Assembly (NCBI GenBank): GCA_963796915.1
Contig: CAWCNI010000004.1
Span: forward strand, 2,758 to 66,757
DNA: 64,000 nucleotides
DNA from: Vicinamibacteria bacterium
Lineage (GTDB): Bacteria > Acidobacteriota > Vicinamibacteria > Vicinamibacterales > JAENWD01
Reading direction: 5' to 3'
In this document: positions 17,897 to 26,291 of the stretch, piece after piece
Numbering within the stretch: the first letter of the stretch is position 1
Layout: each line of letters opens with the position of its first letter
Program-made: the position numbers and the translations under genes
The notes under the pieces: model-generated
Seen by the model: only the letters and a program-made list of their open reading frames with translations
What the model was told of the DNA's origin: nothing
Databases searched by the model: none

Positions 17897-18446
17897 CCCA
17901 GGCGCGGATAGCGAGCAGGAGCGCCAGCGTGGTGAAAAATGCCGTCGGCACGTCAGCCAGCACGAAGTGCGACTCGCGGACGTGGGTCGGCAGGATGGCC
18001 AGGATCGCCGCGGCCAGCAGGGCGGTCGCCGTGCTCCAGCGCCGCGCCGCGCAGAAGAGCACCAGCACGGTGCCGGTGCCGATCGTCGCGGTGACGGCCC
18101 GGCCGGAGTAGTAGAAGTCCTCGGGGCCGACCGCGGCGAGGCTGTTCCAGGCGCCGTGCATCGCGCCGGCCAGGAACACCAGGCACGACACCACGAGCTG
18201 CACGTAGAACGTCAGGCTTGGCCAGTCGAAGAAGCGCGGGTTGAAGTCGCCGGTCTTCATCATGGCGACGACGCGGGTGACGATTTCAGGCTCGTCGACG
18301 CCGAGGGCGTAGGGCAGGCCCGCGCCGATTGTCCAGAATCGCAGCCACGCCGCGACGAGCACGATGACGGCCAGCGCGGCCCACGCGCCGTTCGACAGCG
18401 CAGGCAGTGCCCGGGAGGGCGCAGGCACGGGGACGGGCGTCGGCAT
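17897..18446 (-). pseudogene. family-39 glycosyltransferase (ArnT/PMT-like), N-terminal ~180 aa only
   Basis: MPTPVPVPAPSRALPALSNGAWAALAVIVLVAAWLRFWTIGAGLPYALGVDEPEIVTRVVAMMKTGDFNPRFFDWPSLTFYVQL...DVPTAFFTTLALLLAIRAW. Beyond ~17897 the ORF is antisense of the FtsX pseudogene and loses membrane-protein character. Confidence 0.55.
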
Positions 18447-18475
18447 CGACGCCCATTATAGAAGGCGGCTTCGCG

Positions 18476-19753
18476 TTACTCGTAGCGCAGCGCTTCGATG
18501 GGATCGAGGCGCGACGCCTTGAATGCGGGCCAGAGGCCGAAGAAGATGCCGACGCTGGCGGAAAAGCCGATGCCGATGGCGAACGACCACCACGGCAGCG
18601 ACACCGGGAACCCCGCGGCCAGGTGCACGATCAGCCCGATGAGGCTGCCGAGGCCGATGCCGAGCAGCCCGCCGAGCGAGGTCAGGAACACGGCCTCCAG
18701 CAGGAACTGCCACAGGATTTCCCGCCGGCGCGCGCCGAGCGCCTTGCGGATGCCGATTTCGCGCGTCCGCTCGGTCACCGAGATCGTCATGATCGCCATG
18801 ACCCCGATGCCGCCGACCATCAGCGCGATCGACGAGATCACGACCAGCGCGAGAAAGATCGCCCGCGTGAACTGATCGAAGATGCCCTTGATCATGTCCG
18901 ACGTGACGATGTCGAAGTCGTTCTCCTGGTCGACCTTCAGGCGGTGGCGGGCGCGCATCACCTCCTGCACTTCGCTCTCGAGCTGCTCGCGCGTGGCATC
19001 GGGGTAGCCGACGACGCCGACGAACAGGAAGCGCTGCAGCAGCCCCCGGATCCGGGGTGGATCGAAGATCTTGTCGTAGGTGCTGGATGGAATGGCGGCA
19101 AACGCGTTGGGATCGCCGCCGAGGGGACTCGGGCGCTTGCCCATCACGCCCACGACCACGAACTCGTCTTCGTTGAGCCGCACCTTCTTGTCGATCGGGT
19201 CGACGTTGGGAAAGAGCGTCTCGCCGACGGAGTAGCCGAGCACGATCACGTTACGGCGGTGATCCACTTCGAACGGGGAGAGGAACCGGCCCTCGTCCAT
19301 GCCGATGTAGTTGATGTCGGCGAAGTTGGCCGAGGCGCCGATGATCTGAATCAGCTTGGTCGAAACGCCCTTGTAGGAGAGCCGCTGCGGATCCGATCCC
19401 GGACCTGCGCCAAGCTGCCACCCGACAGTCATCGCGGAGGGCGAGCCGGCCTTGATCGCCTTGGCGTCCTCTTCGGTGATGTTGGGCCGCCGCAGCACGT
19501 CGATGAACTTCTTGCCGCTCGCGAAGCTGCTGATGCTCATCTTCGCGACGTAGACGCTGTTGGCGCCCATCTGGTTGATGAGCGTCTCCATCTGGTCGCC
19601 GAAGCCGCGAATGAGCGACGTCATCCCGACAATCGACGTCACGCCGATGACCACGCCGAGGACCGTCAGCGCCGAGCGCAGCTTGTTGGTCTTGAGCGTG
19701 TCGACCGCCATCACCAGGACTTCGGCGAGGAGGCCCGTGCGGAAGCGGGCCAT
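18476..19753 (-). CDS. MacB-like ABC transporter permease (MacB_PCD + FtsX)
   Basis: 425 aa: MARFRTGLLAEVLVMAVDTLKTNKLRSALTVLGVVIGVTSIV...TERTREIGIRKALGARRREILWQFLLEA...LDPIEALRYE. Confidence 0.85.
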   Translation of the reverse strand: MARFRTGLLAEVLVMAVDTLKTNKLRSALTVLGVVIGVTSIVGMTSLIRGFGDQMETLINQMGANSVYVAKMSISSFASGKKFIDVLRRPNITEEDAKAIKAGSPSAMTVGWQLGAGPGSDPQRLSYKGVSTKLIQIIGASANFADINYIGMDEGRFLSPFEVDHRRNVIVLGYSVGETLFPNVDPIDKKVRLNEDEFVVVGVMGKRPSPLGGDPNAFAAIPSSTYDKIFDPPRIRGLLQRFLFVGVVGYPDATREQLESEVQEVMRARHRLKVDQENDFDIVTSDMIKGIFDQFTRAIFLALVVISSIALMVGGIGVMAIMTISVTERTREIGIRKALGARRREILWQFLLEAVFLTSLGGLLGIGLGSLIGLIVHLAAGFPVSLPWWSFAIGIGFSASVGIFFGLWPAFKASRLDPIEALRYE

Positions 19754-20983
19754 CTATTCCCTCCTCAGCGCTTCGATCGGATCGAGCGACGCCGCGCGCA
19801 TCGCCGGATACATGCCGAAGAACAGTCCGACCACCGCCGTCATCCCCAGGCCGAGCGGAACCGACCACGGCTCGATGCGGGCCGGGATAGGCGTGAAGGT
19901 CGAGACCAGCAGCGCGACGCCGAAGCCGAGGAGCGTGCCGAGCAGGCCGCCGATCGTGGAGAGCGTCGTGGACTCTGTCAGGACCTGCCAGATGATGTCC
20001 CGCCGCTTGGCGCCAAGCGCCTTGCGCAGCCCAATCTCGCGCGTCCGCTCCGAGACGATCATCAGCATGATGTTCATGATGACGACGCCGCCGACGACCA
20101 GCGAGAGGGAGACGACGCCGACCAGGATCGCGAAGGCCCCCGAGGAGAACTGCTTCCACAGGTCCATCAGCGTGTCGGAGGTGTAGAGGCCGAAGTTGTC
20201 GGCGTCTTTTGGCCGGAGATGCCGCTGGACGCGCATGGCGACGCGCGTCGCGTCCATGGCGCTCTCGAGGTTGCTCGGGTCGACCGGCTTGACGGTGATC
20301 TCGAGTGACCGCCGCGATCCGAACAGGTGCTGGAACGCGGACAGCGGGATGACCAGGAACTCGTCCTGCGACTGCCCGAAGACCGACCCCTTCTTCTCGT
20401 TCACGCCGACGACGGTGAAGTGCTGGCCGTTGACCTGAATCACCTTGTCCACGGCGCTGCGGCCCTTGAACAGCTTGTCCGCCGTGTCCCAGCCGATGAG
20501 CGCGACGTTGCGGCCGCGATCGACTTCCATGCGGCTCGGCACGCGCCCCTCGACCGCCGTGTAGCCGCTGAAGCTCTCGTAGTCGGAGGTCACGCCGCGG
20601 ACGCGCGTGCTCTCGAGCGTCTCGGTGCCCCACGACACGTTGGCGCCGGCGCCAGCTTCCGCCATCACCGCGTCGATCACCGTCGTGTCGAAGGACTCGA
20701 TGGCCCGCGCGTCGAGCAGCGAGATGTTCGGGTTCCGCCGCCAGGCCGTGCGCTCGTCCTCCTCGCTCGTGATGACCCCGATCTTGTCCACTTTGAACGT
20801 GCCCGCGCCGACGTCGCGAAGGATCGCGTCGGCGACATACCCGTTCATGCCCTGGAGCAGCGACACGACCGCGATGATCGAGGTGACCGCCACGATGTTG
20901 CCGAGCACCATCATGAGCGAACGGATCTTGTTCACCCAGATGGATGAGAGCGCGAGGCCGACGGCGTCGAAGAACTGCGTCAT
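19754..20983 (-). CDS. MacB-like ABC transporter permease, paralogue
   Basis: 409 aa: ..SIWVNKIRSLMMVLGNIVAVTSII...SERTREIGLRKALGAKRRDIIWQVLTES...LDPIEALRRE. It abuts the next permease gene with no gap. Confidence 0.85.
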   Translation of the reverse strand: MTQFFDAVGLALSSIWVNKIRSLMMVLGNIVAVTSIIAVVSLLQGMNGYVADAILRDVGAGTFKVDKIGVITSEEDERTAWRRNPNISLLDARAIESFDTTVIDAVMAEAGAGANVSWGTETLESTRVRGVTSDYESFSGYTAVEGRVPSRMEVDRGRNVALIGWDTADKLFKGRSAVDKVIQVNGQHFTVVGVNEKKGSVFGQSQDEFLVIPLSAFQHLFGSRRSLEITVKPVDPSNLESAMDATRVAMRVQRHLRPKDADNFGLYTSDTLMDLWKQFSSGAFAILVGVVSLSLVVGGVVIMNIMLMIVSERTREIGLRKALGAKRRDIIWQVLTESTTLSTIGGLLGTLLGFGVALLVSTFTPIPARIEPWSVPLGLGMTAVVGLFFGMYPAMRAASLDPIEALRRE

Positions 20984-20993
20984 TTGCGATATC

Positions 20994-21065
20994 TAAGCAG
21001 GCGGCAAGCGGCAGGCAGGCGGTAGCGCAGCTGAGGCGCCACTGCCTGCTGCCCACTGCCTGCTA
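20994..21065. repeat. GGCAG/CTGCC-rich palindromic element, copy A
   Basis: taagcaggcggcaagcggcaggcaggcggtagcg...cgccactgcctgctgcccactgcctgctac: a G-rich arm followed by a complementary C-rich arm. The terminal CTA doubles as the TAG stop of the minus-strand adaptor gene. Confidence 0.7.
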
Positions 21066-22427
21066 CGTGCTCTTCTTTGCCTTCACGTCGACTTTCACCT
21101 CGTCGCCGTCCTTCAGGTTGCGGACGTTGTTGAACGGCCCGGTGATCACCTGGTCGCCTTCCTTCAAGCCTGAGATTACCTCGAAGTACTTCTCGCCCGC
21201 GATGCCGACCTTGACCGGCACGAACTCGGCCTCGCTCGTCTTGGCGGCCGGCGCGGCCTTCATGACGAAGACGCCTTCGACCTCCTTCTTCGTCTGACCT
21301 GGCTTCAGCTCCAGCTGGGGCGCCGAGGCCGCATCGGTCGGCTTGGGACGCCGCTTGGCTTTCGGATCCTTCGGCTCCCGGTAGATGCTGCCGTCCTTCT
21401 CGAACACCAGCTCACGGGCGGCCATGGCCTGAATCGGGACTGTCAGCGCCTGCTTGCGCGTGGCCGTCGTGATGGCGGCCGAACAGGTGAACCCGGGGCG
21501 TACCTCGGGAATCTGCCCGTCGATCTGCACCTTCACCTTGAAGTTCGTCGCCTGCTGGCCGGCCTGCGTCGCCGTCGTCTGAATCGGGCTGTTGCCGATT
21601 TCGGTGACCTTGCCGGTGAACGTCCGATCCTGCAGGGCGTCGATCGTGATCTTGGCCGGCTGCCCGATCTGGACCGACGGAATGTCGGTCTCGTCCACTT
21701 CGACTTCCGCCTGGATGACGCCCATGTCCGCGACCGTCAGCAACTGTGTCCCGGCGTTGTTCATCGTCCCGACGACCACGTTCTCGCCTTCTTCGATGTT
21801 GCGCCGGGTGACGATGCCGTCAAACGGCGCCACGAGGGTGACCTGGCGCAGGTTGTAGCGGCTGGTGTCGAGCGAGGCGGCTTCCTGGTTGATCATCTCC
21901 TGACTGGAATCGATGGCGGTCTGCCTCGCCGCCAGCTCCGAGCGCGCGATCTTGACGTCGTTTTCTGCCTTGTCCAGCGCTTCCTTCGTCGTCAATTGCT
22001 GCGACCAGAGATCGCGCTGCCGCTTCACCTGGATTTCGGCGAGCGAGAGGGTGGCCTTGGCGGTTTCGACGTTGACCCTGGACTGCGCCAGACCAGCGCG
22101 TGCCGCGGCAACCGCCGCCTCACCTCGCTGGACCGTCCCCTTGAGCGCGTTGGGATCGATCTCGAGCAGGAACTGGCCTGCCTTGACGCGGTCGCCCTCT
22201 TCCACGGCGAGCTTCGTCACGCGGCCCATCTGGACGGCGCTGATATCGACGAAGCGCTTCGCCTGAACGGTGCCCGACGCCGTGACGATGGCCTCGAGAT
22301 CGCGCTTCTTGACCGCCTCGGCGTTGATCGACGTCGCGTCGTTCTTCTTGAAATAGAAGTTCGCGCCAGCGACAGCGGCGAGCAGGATGATGACCAGTAG
22401 AGCGATGAACCATTTCTTCCGAAACAC
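21063..22427 (-). CDS. HlyD/MacA-type periplasmic adaptor (membrane fusion protein)
   Basis: 454 aa with a GTG start: an N-terminal TM segment, then ..VTASGTVQAKRFVDISAVQMGRVTKLAVEEGDRVKAGQFLLEIDP..., a coiled-coil hairpin, and C-terminal beta-barrel and MP domains. Confidence 0.85.
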   Translation of the reverse strand: MFRKKWFIALLVIILLAAVAGANFYFKKNDATSINAEAVKKRDLEAIVTASGTVQAKRFVDISAVQMGRVTKLAVEEGDRVKAGQFLLEIDPNALKGTVQRGEAAVAAARAGLAQSRVNVETAKATLSLAEIQVKRQRDLWSQQLTTKEALDKAENDVKIARSELAARQTAIDSSQEMINQEAASLDTSRYNLRQVTLVAPFDGIVTRRNIEEGENVVVGTMNNAGTQLLTVADMGVIQAEVEVDETDIPSVQIGQPAKITIDALQDRTFTGKVTEIGNSPIQTTATQAGQQATNFKVKVQIDGQIPEVRPGFTCSAAITTATRKQALTVPIQAMAARELVFEKDGSIYREPKDPKAKRRPKPTDAASAPQLELKPGQTKKEVEGVFVMKAAPAAKTSEAEFVPVKVGIAGEKYFEVISGLKEGDQVITGPFNNVRNLKDGDEVKVDVKAKKST

Positions 22428-22515
22428 GCGCGATTCCTCCTTCGAGACCTGACTTACGCCGCCCTGTGCCCACGGCCCCGTGGACCGACGGACCGACGAC
22501 CCATGGACCCTTGTC

Positions 22516-23241
22516 CTACCCCTTCGAGAGCAGCGCGCCGATGAGCGCGACGACCACGTTGATGGCCATGAACGTCCAGAAGATCGGCGCCGTGCGCCGC
22601 TTGTAGAGCACCGCCAGACCGATGGCGTTTACAATCATTCCCCAGATGATGAACAGATCGAACCAGCCGAGGAACTTGGCGATGAAGTTCGTGTCCTCGA
22701 GAAACGGCACGAAGACGCCAAGGTTGGTCGCGCTCGTCATCGACTCGCGCATGTAGTTGAGCGGCACCACGAACAGCGTCGAGACCAGATTGACAGCGCC
22801 GGCATGGCTGGTCACCGCCAGGACCTGCTTGTAGGTGGCGTCTCCGCCCAGCGCCGCGTTGAACACGCCGTACAGGATGCCCGCGATCAGAAAGCTGAAA
22901 ATCGGTCCGACGATGAGAATGGCGCCGAGGGCAAAGTACCTCCCGAGCGGCGCGCGCTGCTCGATGCCGTCGATGTCGGCCTGGGTGACCGAGCCTTTCC
23001 ACCGTTCGACAGAGTGCGTCTGCTGATCGATCATCGCCTCCTGGCCGACCGGCGTGCTCAGGAACACGAACTGCCCGATGGCGATGACGAGCGTGACGAC
23101 GGCCATCGCGCCCAGCCATTTCGGACGGGCGACAATCCCCGTGAAGGTGGCGCGTGGCGACGTGAGAACGCCCAGCAGCCGGGCGAACAGATTTTGTGAG
23201 GGAGCGGCTTGCGCGGCTCCAGTGGACACAGCTTCAGTCAT
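22516..23241 (-). CDS. Yip1-domain membrane protein
   Basis: 241 aa: ..LFARLLGVLTSPRATFTGIVARPKWLGAMAVVTLVIAI.. followed by 4-5 TM segments. The family call is from overall pattern. Confidence 0.65.
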   Translation of the reverse strand: MTEAVSTGAAQAAPSQNLFARLLGVLTSPRATFTGIVARPKWLGAMAVVTLVIAIGQFVFLSTPVGQEAMIDQQTHSVERWKGSVTQADIDGIEQRAPLGRYFALGAILIVGPIFSFLIAGILYGVFNAALGGDATYKQVLAVTSHAGAVNLVSTLFVVPLNYMRESMTSATNLGVFVPFLEDTNFIAKFLGWFDLFIIWGMIVNAIGLAVLYKRRTAPIFWTFMAINVVVALIGALLSKG

Positions 23242-23385
23242 CGCAGACCGTCCTTCAATGGGAAGTGGTCCTCAGGATCGGCGTCGGGTCTAGTCAGGGA
23301 ATCGCACCGGGACGTAGTGACTAATCGTATATACGCCGACACCGACGATTTGTTTCCCGGAACCGAACACTCGGATGCTATCAAC

Positions 23386-24444
23386 ATGATATCACATGGG
23401 CGCCGGCGACTTCTTCGTGGGTCGCTGACTCTGTTTGCGGCCGTCACGCTCAGCGCCAGCGCGGTTTCCGGCGCCGGGGCGCAGTCCTTCGACCAGGTGG
23501 GCACCCGTGCCAAGGGCATGGGCGGCGCCTTCACCGCGGTCGCTGATGATGCCACAGCCACGTGGTGGAATCCGGCCGGCGTGCCGAACTCCTTCGTGGT
23601 GGACGCCGTCCTCGACGGCCAGTCATCCGGTTTCACCGACAACGCGCAGTTGCGGGCAAACCAGTCGGGGGGTGCGAAAAATGGCGCGGTCGGCTTCGCG
23701 TTTTGTTTTCCGGCCGTCGGACTCAGTTATTACCGCGTCCGCCAGACTGGCATCGACCCTGCTACAGCGGGAAGCGTTCCCGGCCGACAAGATCCGGCGA
23801 CAGGTCTGCTCGCGCGGTCCCTGCTGACGGAGCAGTTCGGCGTCAGCCTGGTGCAGTCGCTGGGCGATCGGCTGGTGATCGGGGCGACGCTTCGGGTGGT
23901 GCACGGCGGGGTGGCGATCGCGCCGAGCGTGGCGGGTGACGCCGACGCCAGCCTGGACGCGGCCGCGGACGCGGATGGCCCGACGCGGACCACGGGAGAT
24001 ATCGACGTCGGTGCGGTGCTGCACCTGCACCACCTGCGGCTGGCGGTGGCGGCACGGAACCTGACGGCGCCCGAGTTTCCCTCGACCGACGGCATCGCCT
24101 GGCGGATCGACAGGGTGGTGCGGGTCGGGGTGGCTGTCGTCGGCGACCCGCAGCGCGCGGGCCGGCAGGATTGGACGGTGTCGGCTGACGCGGATCTCAC
24201 GCGTGAGACGACGCCCTTCGGCGATCGGCGGGATGTGGCCGTCGGCGCCGAGCGCTGGATCGCACACCGGCGGGTGGGGCTTCGCGGCGGCCTTCGGGTC
24301 AGCACCGTGGACGAGGCCCGCGCGGCGGTGTCGGGTGGGGCAAGTGTCGGGCTGACCAGTGGCGTGTGGGTGGAAGCACAGGCCACGGGCGGCGCCGATC
24401 GCACGACGCGAGGCTGGGGAATCGACGCGCACGTGATGTTCTGA
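23386..24444 (+). CDS. outer-membrane beta-barrel protein (PorV/PorQ/FadL-like N-terminal motif)
   Basis: A signal peptide (MISHGRRRLLRGSLTLFAAVTLSASAVSGAGAQ) is followed by GTRAKGMGGAFTAVADDATATWWNPAG. Alternating-pattern strands follow, and the protein ends with an aromatic residue (..IDAHVMF). Confidence 0.45.
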   Translation: MISHGRRRLLRGSLTLFAAVTLSASAVSGAGAQSFDQVGTRAKGMGGAFTAVADDATATWWNPAGVPNSFVVDAVLDGQSSGFTDNAQLRANQSGGAKNGAVGFAFCFPAVGLSYYRVRQTGIDPATAGSVPGRQDPATGLLARSLLTEQFGVSLVQSLGDRLVIGATLRVVHGGVAIAPSVAGDADASLDAAADADGPTRTTGDIDVGAVLHLHHLRLAVAARNLTAPEFPSTDGIAWRIDRVVRVGVAVVGDPQRAGRQDWTVSADADLTRETTPFGDRRDVAVGAERWIAHRRVGLRGGLRVSTVDEARAAVSGGASVGLTSGVWVEAQATGGADRTTRGWGIDAHVMF

Positions 24445-24525
24445 ACCGGTTGTTCGCCCTCCGACAGGCTCCGGGCGGACCCAACCGTCTGTCCGTTGGA
24501 GCCCGTCACCGGATGTCAGACGTAC

Positions 24526-26286
24526 ATGGCCGTCCGCATTGGCGAGCTGCTTCTCAAAGAGAAGCGCATCACGCCTGAACAACTCCAGGAGGTCCTGGCC
24601 TACCAGAAGGCCAAGGGGGACAAGATCGGCGTCGCCCTCGTGAAGCTGGGCTATGTCCAGGACGAGGACATCACCGCGCTGCTCAGCAAGCAGTACGGCG
24701 TGCCGTCGATCAACCTGGCGCAGTTCGAGATCGACCCGGCCGTCATCAAGCTGATTCCCGCAGAGACCGCCTTCAAGTACCAGATCATCCCGCTCTCGCG
24801 CGCCGGCGCCACGCTGACGATCGCGATGACGGACCCGACCAACGTCTTCGCCATGGACGACATCAAGTTCATGACGGGGTACAACGTCGAGCCCGTCGTG
24901 GCGTCGGACAGCGCGGTCAACGACTCGCTGGAGAAGTACTACCCGGCTCAGCACAACAAGAAGATCGAGGTCGCCGGCAACTCGGGGCCGAGCGCGCTCG
25001 ACGCCGCCACGCGGGCCCTCGAGGAGATGCCGCTCGACGGCGCCGCGGGTGATGTCGAACTGCTGGACGAGCTCGAGGAGATCAGCGCCGAGGCGCTGCA
25101 GCGCCAGGGCGAGGAAGCGCCGGTCATCAAGCTGGTGAACATCATCCTGATGTCGGCCATCCAGAAGGCCGCCAGCGACATTCACATCGAGCCCTACGAG
25201 AAGGAGTTCCGCGTCAGGTACCGCGTGGACGGCATCCTCTACAACATCATGTCGCCGCCCATGAAGTTCCGCGATGCGATCACCTCGCGCATCAAGATCA
25301 TGGCGAAGCTCGACATCGCCGAGAAGCGCCTCCCGCAGGACGGCCGCATCAAGATCCGTTTCGCCGACAACGGCAACACCAAGGAGATCGACTTCCGCGT
25401 CAGCTGCCTGCCGACACTGTTCGGCGAGAAGATCGTCCTTCGACTCCTCGACAAGGACAAGCTGATGCTCGACATGACCAAGCTGGGCTTCGAGCAGGAG
25501 TCGCTGACGAAGTTCGAAACAGCGATCGAGAAGCCGTGGGGCATGGTGCTCGTCACCGGACCGACGGGCAGCGGCAAGACGAACACCCTCTACTCGTCGA
25601 TCTCGAAGATCAACACGCCGGAAACCAACATCATGACCGCGGAAGACCCGGTCGAGTTCAACCTGCCCGGGATCAACCAGGTCCAGGTCCGCGAGAACAT
25701 CGGGCTCAACTTCGCGGCCGCCCTGCGCTCGTTCCTGCGCCAGGACCCGAACACGATTCTCGTCGGCGAGATCCGCGACTTCGAGACGGCGGAGATCGCG
25801 GTCAAGGCCGCGCTCACCGGTCACCTCGTGCTCTCGACGCTGCACACCAACGACGCGCCGAGCACGGTCAACCGGTTGATGAACATGGGCATCGAGCCCT
25901 TCCTCGTCGCCAGCTCCGTGAACCTGATTTGCGCCCAGCGCCTCGTGCGGCGCATCTGCGCGAATTGCAAGCAGCCGCATCCGACGCCCCCGCCAGCACT
26001 GGTCCAGGCCGGTTTTTCGCCGGAGGATGCCGAAACTGTCACGCCGATGCGTGGCACGGGCTGCGAAAAATGTAACAACACCGGCTACAAAGGCCGCGTC
26101 GGTCTCTACGAAGTGATGGAAGTCACTGACGAATTGCGCGAATTGGTGCTCGTCGGCGCCTCGGCACTGGAATTGCGGCGCAAGGCCATCGACGAGGGCA
26201 TGATCACGCTCCGCCAGAGCGGGCTCCGCAAGGTCCGCGCCGGTCTGACGACCGTCGAGGAAGTGGCTCGAGAGACGGTCAAGTAA
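24526..26286 (+). CDS. pilB: type IV pilus assembly ATPase PilB (GspE family)
   Basis: An N-terminal T2SSE_N/MshEN-like domain (MAVRIGELLLKEKRITPEQLQEVLAYQKAKG...) is present. So are Walker A GPTGSGKTNT, the Asp/His boxes and the tetracysteine CANCK...CEKC. Confidence 0.92.
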   Translation: MAVRIGELLLKEKRITPEQLQEVLAYQKAKGDKIGVALVKLGYVQDEDITALLSKQYGVPSINLAQFEIDPAVIKLIPAETAFKYQIIPLSRAGATLTIAMTDPTNVFAMDDIKFMTGYNVEPVVASDSAVNDSLEKYYPAQHNKKIEVAGNSGPSALDAATRALEEMPLDGAAGDVELLDELEEISAEALQRQGEEAPVIKLVNIILMSAIQKAASDIHIEPYEKEFRVRYRVDGILYNIMSPPMKFRDAITSRIKIMAKLDIAEKRLPQDGRIKIRFADNGNTKEIDFRVSCLPTLFGEKIVLRLLDKDKLMLDMTKLGFEQESLTKFETAIEKPWGMVLVTGPTGSGKTNTLYSSISKINTPETNIMTAEDPVEFNLPGINQVQVRENIGLNFAAALRSFLRQDPNTILVGEIRDFETAEIAVKAALTGHLVLSTLHTNDAPSTVNRLMNMGIEPFLVASSVNLICAQRLVRRICANCKQPHPTPPPALVQAGFSPEDAETVTPMRGTGCEKCNNTGYKGRVGLYEVMEVTDELRELVLVGASALELRRKAIDEGMITLRQSGLRKVRAGLTTVEEVARETVK

Positions 26287-26291
26287 CCCAT

